Assembly (NCBI RefSeq): GCF_006345805.1
Contig: NC_043016.1
Location: 22,258,001-22,322,000, forward strand
Length of the DNA: 64,000 nt
Reading direction: 5' to 3'
Origin: Octopus sinensis
Lineage: Eukaryota
Made by a program: the position numbers and the translations under genes. Positions 49,000 through 61,552 of this stretch are shown here, in pieces; the first letter of the stretch is position 1; every line of letters starts with the position of its first letter. A model generated the notes under the pieces. The model worked only from the letters and a program-made list of their open reading frames with translations, had not been told where the DNA came from and ran no database searches.

Positions 49000-49784
49000 C
49001 TTTTAAGGTTTACTTTTTATACATTGTGTAAAGAACAAACCAATTTGATGGAATAAAATTTACAAAATATTAACTTTGCTCAAAAATGTAAGAGATGAGT
49101 CACAGGTGAAAAGAATTGCTCAGCTGGGAAGTGAACATATGTCATTTGCCTGCAACTAATTGATACTCCTCAGCACTACATATTGTCTATGTTATTCAAT
49201 AAGCACATACTAACAGACATTACACTATGTACACAAGAGTACTTGATTTCTGAAATTACAAACTAACAAAGCAATTATGAATTTCACAGTACTACCAAAG
49301 CTCTATGTACCTATTTACTGAACTAGCCAACTAAACCTGGATCATCTGAAATGTAAATGAATATTTTTGTGAGTAGATGTTTCAGATAATGCAGTAACAG
49401 GATACAAACCACTGATTTTTCAGTTGGAAGATACACAACTTCTCTTAAGACAAACCTCCTCCAGTTCAAAATCCTACAAAAATTTAAATCTTCAAAAGAA
49501 AATTATTAAAGGATTAAATTATCAACTTAATTATTTGATTTTGGTTTAAAATAATTATAAAAGAGGGAGTGCTATATTAATGCTTTCACAATTGATTATA
49601 TATTACCTTATTTTGATTATTTAGGAAAAAATATTTGGAAAAAAAACTTTAGTGTAAATATTTTTTGGAAAGGATTTTTTTTTCTATATCCTTCAATTTT
49701 TTTTACTGTTTAGTTCAAGAAGAAAGAGCAGAATTCATAACTCTCTATTTTTGAAGACATTGGAAATTGGTGGAAGAACAAAGC

Positions 49785-52700
49785 ATGTTATCTTCAGATC
49801 AGACACCTGACCCAAATGGGTACCACATTAAGACCAGGTGGTGATGTTAAACCACGTGATGGATTAAGTATGCCATTCAAGAACCCAGAATACAAAAAGT
49901 TAGAGCAAATAGCACAAGTCATCTTATTTGATACTTTTACAATTCTGACAAATTCATCACTCTAGGCTGATACTCTAATCTTATTGACCCTGAAAAGATG
50001 AAAGGCAAAGTTAATCACAGTAAGATTTGGACTTATAGACTTTGCCAATTTACTGCCTGAGGGATTGAATTCAAGGAAACTTTATCTGAAGAGATATAAT
50101 CTCTTTGGACAAAGTTTCTTTGAATTCCATTCAAATCAAATTGAATTTTTTGAATTCAAAAATTTCCTAAGATATAATCTTAGGAAATTTCTATTTTAAA
50201 GGGTTTTCTTCTATGAGTTCTTATGTCCCATGGAAATTTTGTTCAAATCCTTGGACACATAATTCATTTGGCTACACCCCTAAGAATAATAATATCTTAG
50301 GATGCATCAGAAGCAACCATGGAACAAAATCAACCATCTACATGAGTGTATTCATTGTCTTGGAGAGGGGCCTACTGACCAAAGTCTTTATGATGCTCAT
50401 ATTGGTCAGTGTTTAATTAAACTATATTTTATCTCTCTTTAGTCATCTTAACATTGAGGCTTTTCCATAGTTTCCCATACTATTTTTAGTAATTTCTTCA
50501 TTTTTCACAATTAAAACCAAGTCTTTCTTTCATTCTTTCATTTCCTAAGATAAATCACAATTTGTATATGAAACATTCTGAAAATCTTAATGAACTGAAC
50601 ACTGAGAGCTTCTTGCTCATGTACTTTATTATAAGTAAAAGTAGCTTGCGGGAGCCTATCTTATTTCAGGTTATTATCTACAGCTGGGACTTATGACCAT
50701 CAGACAAAATTTTGGCGAAATGGTATATTTACAGCAGTTAGCTCTGAGGATTGAATCTGTTTATTTGCCTGAATGTATATAAGCTAGAGATCGATCTTAC
50801 TGCTTCTTACTTAAAGGAATAGAGGGGTATCGAAATGTAAAGTGAAGCGAGACGACAGAGGCAGAGTTATTGCATTATATAGATGGAAAAAATTTCTTAG
50901 TGATGCTTCTTACATAAAAGACATAGTTAAATTAGAACAAACAATAAATGTAATGAGCCAAACAAAGTTTTAGCTTATTAAAATTATACCCATAATAAAG
51001 AGTAAAAAAATTGTTAGCTTCACTGATAAAAAGACAAACGTAAAGCCTGAAATCCAAATTAATTTAAAATTGAATTTGAGTACATGCAATGATTAGCAAG
51101 TATTATTTTTGCATGTATGTGAGAAAATCCACTCATGTTTCTGTCTTATTAAGATATCCTCGGTGCAAAATAGTCTTATTTACACTTACCAGATCCTAAG
51201 ATAACTTGAGAAAATAGAAATTTTTAGTGAAAAATAAATTTTAATAAAAAGTTACAAAGAAAATGTAGAAAGAAAAACTGTGGAATTTTATCCAGGGAAA
51301 GTCCCTTTAAGAATGTAGTGTCCTATAAAACTTCAAAGCGAGTCAAAACAAATCACCATGTAGGTAAACAACAATGACAGATATTGATATTTCATTGTTA
51401 TTTTTGCTCATCAGTGCTGTGTTTTTGATTTCCTCTTGAGAAAAATTCACATTGCTGGATGGAACTATATACAGACAACATAAAATCTATTAGCTGATTT
51501 GCAAAACACCATGGAAGTAAAACAAAATTCAAATATTGAGTTAGAAGTAGCTCTGTATTGTAAACATTGTTGGTGTCACATATTTAATGTATGTTTGAAT
51601 ACTTTTAGGCTGCATTACTTCACCCAGGAAAGGTCCCTTTATGGTCATAAAAAGTTTAAAAACACTGTATATTTCAAAGCCAGTTGAAACAAATTACTCC
51701 CAAGGTGAGCAAGGACAATAGATATTGATATTTTGCTGTTATTTCAGCTCCTCAGTGCTTCTAACTCAAAATTTGAATTTTATTTTACTTATGTGGTACT
51801 GTTGCACATAAACAGATAGATTTTATCATCCTCCCTCTCTCCCCTCCCCATGTGTGTGTGTGTGTGCACGCGTGTAAAAAACATTGTACACTGTGGACCA
51901 AAAGAACCTCAATATTCCCAAATAGCTTCAATGTGCAAGCTGTATGGGAAATATTAAATCATATTTGTTATCATGATTATTCTAATGTCCACATTTCCAT
52001 TTTACCTTCATAGGACAGACAGAATTTGCTGAGGTGAAATTTCTATAGCTGGATGCCCTTTTTATTACTTAACCTTATCAGTTTTCAAGTAAGGTAATAT
52101 TTCACCAATATTGGAAATGAAGGACATCTCTTGTATATCAGTGACACTTCTTTGCAACTATCATGTGTTGTCAAGGCAAGGAGACAGTGTTCACATACAT
52201 GTATACACCCACACACACACACAAGATGGGCTTCTTTCAGTTTCCATGTACAAAATTCATTCATGAGGCTTTGGTTTGCCTAGAGCTATTGTAGAAAACC
52301 CAAGTTGCCATGCAGTGGGACTGAACCTAGAATCATGTGGTTGGGAAGCAAACTTCGTAATACAGCCACATCTGTGCTTAGATGGATGTAATTTTACCCA
52401 ATATAAAATAAACACCTATTATTATGTATACAAAAGCACTTTTATGTATAGAAGAGTAACAAATTTATGTAGAATTTATATCTGAAGACCAAATACTTTA
52501 TTGATTATTCTGCGTCAAGAGTATGTTATTGAAAACTGATCCAGAGATCAAAAGCAACTGCCAAAAACCTTTTTCATTGCTAATGTTTTAGAATTTTAAC
52601 TTGTCATATTTTTGAGCTTGAATAATGCAAACAGCTTAATTTAGAGGTTCATCAATGTGGCTAAATTAACACAAGTAAATCTTTAGTGAAAATCCAATGA

Positions 52701-52839
52701 TATAAGGTGGTACAAATCTTCTTTTCAAGTCAACATTCTCTTCCATAAATTCAAGAGCAATAGAAATAAACATCAGCAAGATATTGAAATTCTTTCAACA
52801 GACAATATTAATTTAAAAAAAGAAATCTTTAAACTGAAT
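49785..52839 (+). CDS. Tentative five-exon gene fragment of unknown product (exons 49785-49837, 50301-50404, 50670-50774, 51609-51704, 52730-52839)
   Basis: GT-AG sites with compatible phases give 156 open codons; good donors G|GTCAGT, G|GTGAGC, T|GTAAGC; no family recognised, and an alternative frame exists for the third exon. Confidence 0.4.
52215..52380 (-). mobile_element. SINE family A 5' half
   Basis: gggcttctttcagtttcc...gtggttgggaagcaaactt. Confidence 0.75.
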
Positions 52840-52897
52840 GTAAGCAAATGTATCATTGTACTTGTGTGTGTTGGTGATATCCTGTACTCATATATGC

Positions 52898-52934
<37 letters not shown>

Positions 52935-52980
52935 TGTGTGTGTGTGTGTGTGTGTACATACATACATATACATATATATA

Positions 52981-54440
52981 GATGGCTGCTTATAAATGCC
53001 AAAACCTTCCCAGGCGAAGAATGCACCCCACAACATAGACTGGTAGTTAGTGACTTTAGGATCAGGACTAAGAGGGCGACTAGAAGACGACCAACATGGA
53101 GAAGAAGGGTCTGGGAGCTTAAAGACCCTGCGAATGAACAGAGATTTAGAGACATGTTACTTGAAGCCTTTGACGAAATGGAAGGGGATATAGCTACGCA
53201 TGGGGTAGAAGACAACTGGACGCTTCTGAGGGACAACCTGCTGAAAGCCACTGACCAGATCTGTGGCTGGTGCAAAGTCCCCTCTCGACCCAAAATAACG
53301 TGGTGGTGGAACAATATTGTTGACAGGGCTATTAGACAAAAGAAACGGGCTTGGAAGGCCTGGAAGAATGGTGGTAGCAGGGAAGTGTATCAGACTGCCA
53401 GAAGGGAAGCTAGGAGACAGGTCTATCTAGCCAGAGGGGAAGCAGATAAGAAAAAATTTGCCAATGTCCTGCGCCGTGAGGATGAAAGACTTGAGGTATT
53501 TCGTGTTGCAAGACAGTGTGTGAGAGAGAATCGTGATGTGGTAGGAGAGAAATGTGTTCGCAAGGATGATGGTTCACTTGCACTAAATGAGGATGCAAAG
53601 AGAGAGGCTTGGAGACGCCACTATGAAAGGTTGCTGAATGAGGAAAATGAATGGGATAAAGAGAGTCTGCCGAATGTCGACCCAACAGAGGGACCAGCAA
53701 TCCGAGTTAACAGTTCCTTAGTAGTTAAGGCAATTACAAGCATGAAAACAGGGAAAGCCCCAGGCCCATCAGGAATTACTGCAGAGATGCTCAAAATATC
53801 TGGTAGTGTCAGCTATAGCATAGTCACCCGTATAGTTAATCAGGTGATACACAAAGGAGTCATACCCAATGACTGGTGTAGCAGCATAATAGTCAACTGC
53901 TACAAAGGTAAAGGTGACGCCCTAGATACAAATAACTACAGGGGCATCAAGCTGCTGGATCAGGTAATGAAGGTTACGGAGAGGGTTATAGCCCAATTAA
54001 TTAGAGAGAGAGTTAGCTTAGATGAGATGCAGTTTGGGTTCGTGCCAGGGAAAAGTACTACTGATGCTATATTCCTGGTAAGACAGCTGCAGGAGAAATA
54101 CCTAGCCAAAGATAAGCCCCTGTACCTGGCTTTTGTTGACATGGAGAAAGCCTTTGACAGGGTCCCCCGATCCCTTATCTGGTGGTCAATGAGGAAACTA
54201 GGGATAGATGAATGGTTAGTGAGAGCTGTGCGAGCCATGTACAGAGACGCTGCTAGTAAGGTGAGGGTTGGCAACGAGTACAGTGAAGAATTCCGGGTAG
54301 AGGTTGGGGTCCACCAAGGTTCAGTCCTCAGTCCCCTCCTATTTATCATAGTCCTCCAGGCAATAACGGAGGAATTCAAGACAGGATGCCCCTGGGAGCT
54401 CCTCTATGCTGATGACCTTGCTCTAATTGCTGAGTCATGA
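52981..54440 (+). pseudogene. RTE ORF open segment (EN tail plus RT), premature TGA just after YADD
   Basis: ORF track 52938-54440; homology continues past the stop with further stops and frameshifts. Confidence 0.9.
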
Positions 54441-55611
54441 TCAGAACTGGAGGAGAAGTTTCAGGTGTGGAAACAAGGATTAGAATCGAAGGGCCTTAGA
54501 ATCAACCTAGCCAAAACCAAAGTCCTAGTAAGTAGGAAGGTTGACCAATCATAAACGACTTCAGGTAGATGGCCCTGCTCGATCTGTAAAAAAGGTGTAG
54601 GTAGAAACTCTATAAGGTGCACACAAGTGTAAGCTATGGACACATAAGAGGTGCAGCAATGTCAAAGGAAGGCTAACTAGGAAATAGTTTTTGTCTATGG
54701 CAGATGCTCAGGAGCAATAAACACTGGAAATGTGCAGAGACCAACTTCTACCACGTTCCAGGGAGACAAACTAGAAGTAGTTGATAGCTTCCGCTACCTA
54801 GGTGACCAAGTCAGTAGCGGGGGTGGGTGTGCTGAAAGTGTAACGGCTAGAGTAAGAATAGCCTGGGCAAAGTTTAGAGAGCTCTTACCCCTGCTGGTGA
54901 CAAAAGGCCTCTCGCTCAGAGTAAAAGGCAGACTGTATGATGCATGTGTACGTACAGCCATGCTACATGGTAGTGAAACTGGGCCGTGACTGCTGAGGAT
55001 ATGCGTAAGCTCGCAAGAAATGAAGCCAGTATGCTCCGATGGATGTGTAATGTCAGTGTTCATAATCGACAGAGTGTAAGTACCTTGAGAGAAAAGTGAA
55101 CCTAAGAAGCATCAGTTGTGGTGTGCAAGAGAGACGGCTGCACTGGTATGGTCATGTGACGAGAATGGATGAAGATAGTTGTGTGCCAAAGTGCTAACCC
55201 TAGCAGTTGAGGGAACCTGTGGAAGAGGTAGACCCAGGAAAACCTGGGATGAGGTGGTGAAGCACGACCTTCGAACTTTAGGTCTCACCAAGGAAATGAC
55301 TAGAGACCGAGACCTATGGAAGTATGCTGTGCATGAGAAGACCCGGCAAGACTAGTGAGGCCATAACCCGTGGCCCCTACCTGGGACGCAGTCAGTCCAC
55401 CTGTGCATACCTTCCTTCTTGTGACACTTGTGAAGACCTGTTGAGGCAAGTGAAAATCAAACCAAATCAAAATAGATGAACGTCAATGGAATTTGTATCT
55501 TTGTGGTACCGGTGCCAGTGGCACATAAGAAAACCATCCGAACGTGGCCGTAGCCAGTACTGCATCGACTGGCCTCCGTGCTGTGGGCACGTAACAAACA
55601 CCTTCCGATCG

Positions 55612-55850
55612 TGGCCGTTCGCCAGCCTCGTCTGGCACCTGTGTCAGTGGCACATAAAAAAACACCATCCAAGCGTGGCTGTTCGCCAGCCTCGTCTGGC
55701 ACCTGTGTCAGTGGCACATAAAAAACACCATCCGAGCGTGGCTGTCTGCCAGCCTCGTCTGGCACCTGTGTCGGTGGCACATAAAAAAAAAACACCATCC
55801 GAGCGTGGCCATTCGCCAGCCTCGTCTGGCACCTGTGTCGGTGGCACATA
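55612..55850 (+). repeat. ~64-bp minisatellite x4 in the LINE 3' UTR
   Basis: Units start at 55612, 55676, 55739 and 55806 (tggc..gccagcctcgtctggcacctgtgtc..tggcacataaaa). Confidence 0.92.
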
Positions 55851-56009
55851 AAATCACCCACTACACTCTCGGAGTGGTTGGCGTTAGGAAGTGCATCCAG
55901 CTGTAGAAACACTGCCAGATCTGACTGGCCTGGTGCAGCCTTCGGGCTCCCCAGACCCAGTTGAACCGTCCAACCCATGCTAGCATGGAAAGCGGATGTT
56001 AAAAAAATG

Positions 56010-56595
56010 TTATCAATGGCCAGCATATCAAAAAATGCCTTTAAAGGTAAAATTTATATATAATTTACAAGATAAGGGCAGAAGAAAAATTCTAATGCCA
56101 AATATGTCGAAACAAATAATTTTTTGTCAATAACCATTATAATTTATGCATCTCGAAACAAACCGATAGAAATCTCTAAAAAATTCGTTATTACCGCATT
56201 GGTCCAATTTCGGGGTTAATTCATAAGAAATTTTCCCCTCTTCAGCGGCAAATACGCGAGATATAAATGAAATACTTACTCATACCCACGGAAAAAGCAA
56301 GCACTAAGTCCCGAGCAGACATAAGTACCCCAAATATATCCAAAATAGAAAAATCTTCGGCGCACCTCGAGACACGTGTGATTCGAACTAGAAACTTTCA
56401 CAGAGTGATAGAATCCGGAAGTGAACACTAATCTATTTATAATTAATATAGGATAAAATTTTTTTGGGGAAAAAAATTTTATCAATGGCCAGCATATCAA
56501 AAAATGCCTTTAAAGGTAAAATTTATACATAATTTACAAGATAAGGGCAGAAGAAAAATTCTAATGCCAAATATGCCGAAACAAAAAAATTTTTG
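56010..56595. repeat. 469-bp-period repeat, about 1.25 units
   Basis: ttatcaatggccagcatatc...gaaacaaa at 56010 and 56479. Confidence 0.88.
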
Positions 56596-57329
56596 GGCGA
56601 TATATATATATATATATATATATATTGTTTTTATTATTATTTGATTGAAGGCCACACATCCATTTCGAAGTAAGTTTATCTTAATCTTTTTGATGTGACT
56701 CTACTCTATATTGTTTTCTCCCCAATCCTTTTCTCTAATTCCCTTTTTCTCCTCCTCACCGTTTTCTATCTGTGCCCCTCTCCCTCCTCTTTCTCTTTTT
56801 CTCTCTCTCTTTGCTCACACATGACCATCGTCCATCTTTCTTTTCCTTATATGATCATCATTCTTTTCCTTCAGGATTGTCCTAAGGACTGGACATTGTC
56901 TAACTCTCTCTTCTATCTTTTCTCTTTTCAAAGAAAATATTTCCCCAGCGTTCAACATTTTAAACACTTGTTCTGGTCTAACAACCCTCCATGTTTGTTT
57001 TTTGTCAGTTTCCTTGTATGTCTCCACTGTCATGTTTTTGTCTCCAACTTTGACCCTCCATAAATCTCAAATTTTATTTTGGTACATATGGGAGCAACTG
57101 TCTTTGAAGACTCATTGTCATTCAATGCTCAAAATAAGAAGTAGATAGACAGCCGACAACTGATGAAGTGTCATTCTTTGTGTAACTTGTCCTGTTTTCC
57201 ATTTGTTTCTCTCGTTGTTTGTATATTGAACTCATTTGTTTTCGTATTTCATGTTGTTTACTGTTGGTGATGTCCTATACCCATATATGCATGTGTATGT
57301 ATATATATATATGTATGTATATATTGATA

Positions 57330-58620
57330 GAACTGGCAAGGCAACAAAAGAAAGAAAGAGACCTCAATATTATGTAAATAAAGGAATTTATCTGTAAATA
57401 TAATATATGACAATTATTCAGTAGTCATGATAAAACTCCACATTTCGGATGTTGGGGCGGAAACCTACGCCTCTTCAGTTATTGGCCCATCGAAAAAATG
57501 CTATGAAAATTACGTTAAAACAAAGGGAAATTACTGTGTGATTGACCGTTATTAAGACAAAAGAGCTATTAGAATGACCGCTAAGTAAGGAGAGGGAGTA
57601 AAGGTAAGGGAGTAAAAATGTTCATAGTAATCGGGTAAGCGTGCATGTCCATACATACACATGCGTGTCCGCACACCCACATACATGCGCCTATATGTAT
57701 ATACTCATTCACCTTTACTTGAAGCACACACATGCTCACCCACACATTCGTCAAAACATATATACATACCCGCATACACGCTCGCACACACATACACGTG
57801 CACAAAAAAGGTTCATATACATGTCTATATACACACATGCACAAGAAAAAACAGGGTTAAAGGCAAAATACAGAAAAATGTGTAAAAAATAAGCAATAAG
57901 AGTAAAACACGTCTATATATGCACATACTCGCATGCATGCACACACAAACGTCTATATACGCACATACCAGCACACATCTACATGTGCGCACAAAAAATT
58001 CCATATACACATCAATATATGCACAGGAAAAAAAGGTAGAATACAGAAAAATTATGTGTAAAAAAAAATATAAGAGCAATAAAACTATAAACCAATATTT
58101 CTATAAATATGTTAAAAAAAGACATAAAAAATATAAGAAATATAAGTAAAAATAATAGGGAGATGAAAAGCTTGTATGTTGACACAATATAGAATGCAAG
58201 TCCTATCTGTAATCTCGGAGGGACCAAAAATGTAACAAATATTTAGCCATATATGGACATGATCTGAAAAGTTCATTTCTTGAATTTAGACATGTGGCAG
58301 GGTCTAAGCTGCTTTTCCAGATGAGCCATCTTCCATATCACAAAGACCACACTTTCCACTGCCATTGGTGTAGGGCTTACACTTGGCTAAGATCTTTCAA
58401 TGGATTTTGTAACTGACACCTTTATCTTTTAAAGACCATATATGACTGGATAATTTGGTCGTTTTTGTTTTATCCCAGTGCCTAAAAGCTCTCTGTAAGG
58501 CCCACATATTTCTTCATCAAAACCGTGTCCTTAGTGGATATAGAGTCCACAGTGGCTTCAAAAATGATGGTCTTGGACATGCAAGCTCCATTTAGCGGGC
58601 ACAAGGTGTCAGTTACAACA
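57330..58620 (-). mobile_element. Degenerate PLE 3' end (GIY-YIG plus pLTR)
   Basis: LCPLNGACMSKTIIFEA..KYVGLTE, TKLSSHIW, KCGLCDME, CLNSRNELF at 58220-58610; decayed hammerhead core near 57440-57480. Confidence 0.78.
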
Positions 58621-58990
58621 CCCATTAAGTATATATATATATAGATAGATAGATAGATTTGGTAATTTTGTGAATAAGGGGTTCAATGTTGGTTCTTTGT
58701 CAGCGTGTGTATATAAGAATTTTTTGCGTAATGAGATAAAACAGATATAGAACATTTATAGATAGAAGGTCTTACAGCTTTTTCCAGGATATTTATTAAT
58801 TATATCCCTTCATTGGAAATGGTGTGATACAAAATAGAGAGTGAGATGAGCCTTGGTTTCTTATCTCATTACACAAAAAATTCTTATATATATATATGAT
58901 TTATTGTTCTGTGAAAGAAAATTAAAAAAGTACTCCATCTGGTGAGAGATAAATATTATTTATTTAAAGTTCACAATACATGTATTAAAG

Positions 58991-59041
58991 CATGACAAAT
59001 AGTTTCATATTTTGAGAAAACTCAAACACATTCTTCAGGTA
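58991..59041 (-). ncRNA. Near-intact hammerhead motif with a stem I mismatch
   Basis: guac-CUGAAGA-augug uuugag uuuu cucaaa auau-GAAAC-uauuu-GUC^augc; C.A at the first stem I pair. Confidence 0.5.
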
Positions 59042-59282
59042 CAAACTACAGATCATAATGAACTAAAACAATTGAATAATAGAAGAAACATGAAAAAACT
59101 GAGAAGGCAGTATATAGAAAATGCAGAATGTAAAAATTGGAAAAAAAAAAAAAACTAAAATGTAAAAAGTAAAAAGTAAAAGGGTAAAACAGCTATTCTC
59201 CTTAGATCTTAAATTATAAGGCGGGAAAGATATCAACAGGTCAGTCAGGAATAGGCAAAATCTTCCAATTCTTCAAAATATA

Positions 59283-60455
59283 TAAGAGGTGCAGCAACAT
59301 CAAAGGAAAATTAACCGAGAAGATAGCCTTCATGTGTGGCAGATGCACAGGGGCAATAGACACCACTGATACTCAGAAAACAAATTCCATTTCACTCAAG
59401 GGGGAAAAACTAGAAGTAGTTGATAGTTTCCTCTACCTAGGCGACCAAGTTAGTAGTGGGGGTGGATGCTCAGAGAGTGTTACCACTAGAATAAGAATAG
59501 CCTGGGCAAAGTTTAGAAAGCTTCTTCTCCTACTGGCGACAAAGGGTCTCTCGCTCAGAGTGAAAGGTACATTGTACGATGCATGTGTGCGAACTGCCAT
59601 ACTCCACGGCAATGATACATGGGCTGTGACTGCGGAGGACATGCGTAGGCTTGAAAGAAATGAAGCTAGCATGATTCGCTGGATGTGTAATGTCAGTGTC
59701 CATGCACGACAGAGTGTAAGCGCCCTGAGAGAAATGTTGGACATAAGAAGCATTGGATGCAGTGTTCAGGAGAGACGTTTGTGTTGGTATGGTCATGTAC
59801 TATGGATGGATGAGGAGAGATGTGTGAAGAAGTGCCACTCCCAAACTGTTGAAGGAATCTGGGGTAGAGGTAGACCCAGGAAGATATGGGATGAGGTGGT
59901 CAAGTGTGACCTTCGTATGTTGGGCCTCACAGAGGCTATGACGAAAGACCAAGACCTCTGAGATATGCTGTGACTGCGAAGACCCGACAAATGAAGTGAG
60001 TTCATGGCTTGCAGGATGGCCTGCTGTGCTAACCTTGGATCATAGAGTGACCCGCTGTTCTTGAGGAGACCTATTGAGTCAAGTATGTCAACACCAACAT
60101 CAAAATAAAAATCAAATGGAAATTCTAGTTAAGATACCCATGCTGGTGGCATGTAAAAACACCTTCCGAACGTGGCCGATGTCAGCGCCGCCTGACTGGC
60201 GTCTGTGTTGGTGACACGTAAAAAGCACTAACAGATCGTGGCCGTTTGCCAGCCCCCTCTGGCCCCTGTGCCGTGGCACGTAAAAAGCACCCACTACACT
60301 CATGGAGTGGTTGGCATTAGGAAGGGCATCCAGCTCTAGAAACTCTGCCAAATCAGACTGGACCCTGGTGCAGCCTCCTGGCTTCCCAAACCCCGGTCGA
60401 ACTGTCCGACCCATGCCAGCGTGGAAAACGGACGTTAAACGATGATGATGATGAT
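59283..60455 (+). mobile_element. RTE LINE 3' fragment
   Basis: KLEVVDSFLYLGD..RIAWAKF..ILHGNDTW..GRGRPRKIWD; (GAT)n tail. Confidence 0.92.
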
Positions 60456-60800
60456 ATGTTTGCAACCACTGAAAATTTCTGACATAGAGTTCAGTAGAGA
60501 GTTATGATCTTACATCTGAACAGGAACTGCACCCTTCCTGCTAAACAAAGCTTACATTTATTTGGTCCATTAACGTAAGGTATGGGTTTCTCAATTACTT
60601 TCCATTTAATCACATGGTATTTCATTGTCTTTCGAATTCCATATACAACTAGCCAACTTAGTAGCTTTATTTTGGAAGGAGGCTATGTAATTGGCATAGC
60701 AATTTTTAAATTCACCTTCACATAATCCAATATAGGTCTTCTTATCTGTTGTATTATTATCTAGGGATGCAGTAACTTCTGCCTTATATATGATAGATTG
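60455..60800 (-). mobile_element. Degenerate PLE GIY-YIG endonuclease
   Basis: SIIYKAEV..KTYIGLCEGEFK..TKLASCIW..PYVNGPNKCKLCLA..SEIFSGCKH. Confidence 0.82.
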
Positions 60801-61332
60801 AATGGAGGTTTTTTTTTTAAAGTGACTTAAAAGTTGGGAATGTATTTATAAGGTCAAATCAAAAACAGGAAGAGAGGAAAAAAAAAAAGAAAAAAGGCAG
60901 GGAGAGAGATAATAAAGAAACGAAGAGAGGGAAAGTGTACTGGTTAGTGGTCAGTCAGGATAAATTGATAGAAGGAATGGGGGTGAGGGTGATAGAGAGA
61001 GAAAGATATGAGAGTGTAAAGAGCAAAGGAGTGTCAGGTAGAAGGAATGGGGGTGAGAGTGATAGAGAGAGAAAGATATGAGAGTGTAAAATGATGAAAG
61101 GGTAAATAGTAAAGGAGTGTTAGGTATGTAAGTGATAGAGCCTAAGAGAGGGGGGTAGGGGTAGAAAAATTTATCCTGACTGACCACTAACCATTACACT
61201 TTCCTTCTCTTCATTTCTTTATTATCTCCCGCCCCCTTTCTTTTCTTTTTTTCCCTCTCTTCCTGTTTTTGATTTGATCTTACAAACACATTCCCAACTT
61301 CTAAGTCAATTAAAAAAAAACCTCCATTCAAT
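60797..61332. repeat. ~165-bp inverted repeat with purine-rich duplicated spacer
   Basis: 60797-60965 vs 61168-61332. Confidence 0.85.
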
Positions 61333-61552
61333 AACACCATTTACAAACTCTATGCTTGGAATGACCAATTTTAAATACTATTGGAACTTACTCACTAGGT
61401 ACAGGAATCTTATATGTATACCATTCTACCTAAATAACGGAACTGCAGATACAATGTCCCTGCATATCTCACATCTATTTTCATTCCTCCACTTCACTAT
61501 CTATTTCCTATCTTACATAGAATGACTATTGCTTAACCACTTTCTCACACCA

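Larger units (their letters stand above)
52981..56002 (+). mobile_element. 5'-truncated RTE-clade LINE with 3' UTR and tail
   Basis: EN C-terminus (QHRLVVSDF), RT (GKAPGP, FVDMEKAFDRV, QGSVLSP, YADD), LHGSET, GRPRKTW; tail matches many copies in the window. Confidence 0.95.

Noticed and set aside
50213-50416. ORF-track frame ending in a hydrophobic stretch (TKVFMMLILV)
   Set aside because: Splicing in this frame gives a stop within 9 codons of the next exon; the alternative frame is preferred, though unproven
55612-55850. Regularly spaced ~64-bp repeats suggestive of a CRISPR array
   Set aside because: Units are contiguous with no unique spacers, lie in a eukaryotic LINE 3' UTR, and there are no cas genes
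57430-57490. Minus-strand CUGAAGA...CCGAAAUGUGG motif
   Set aside because: No valid stem III, UH or stem I; only a decayed remnant
58409-58619. 16-bp perfect inverted match ttgtaactgacacctt / aaggtgtcagttacaa
   Set aside because: Both copies lie within GIY-YIG-derived sequence; no TSD; probably chance or a small template switch
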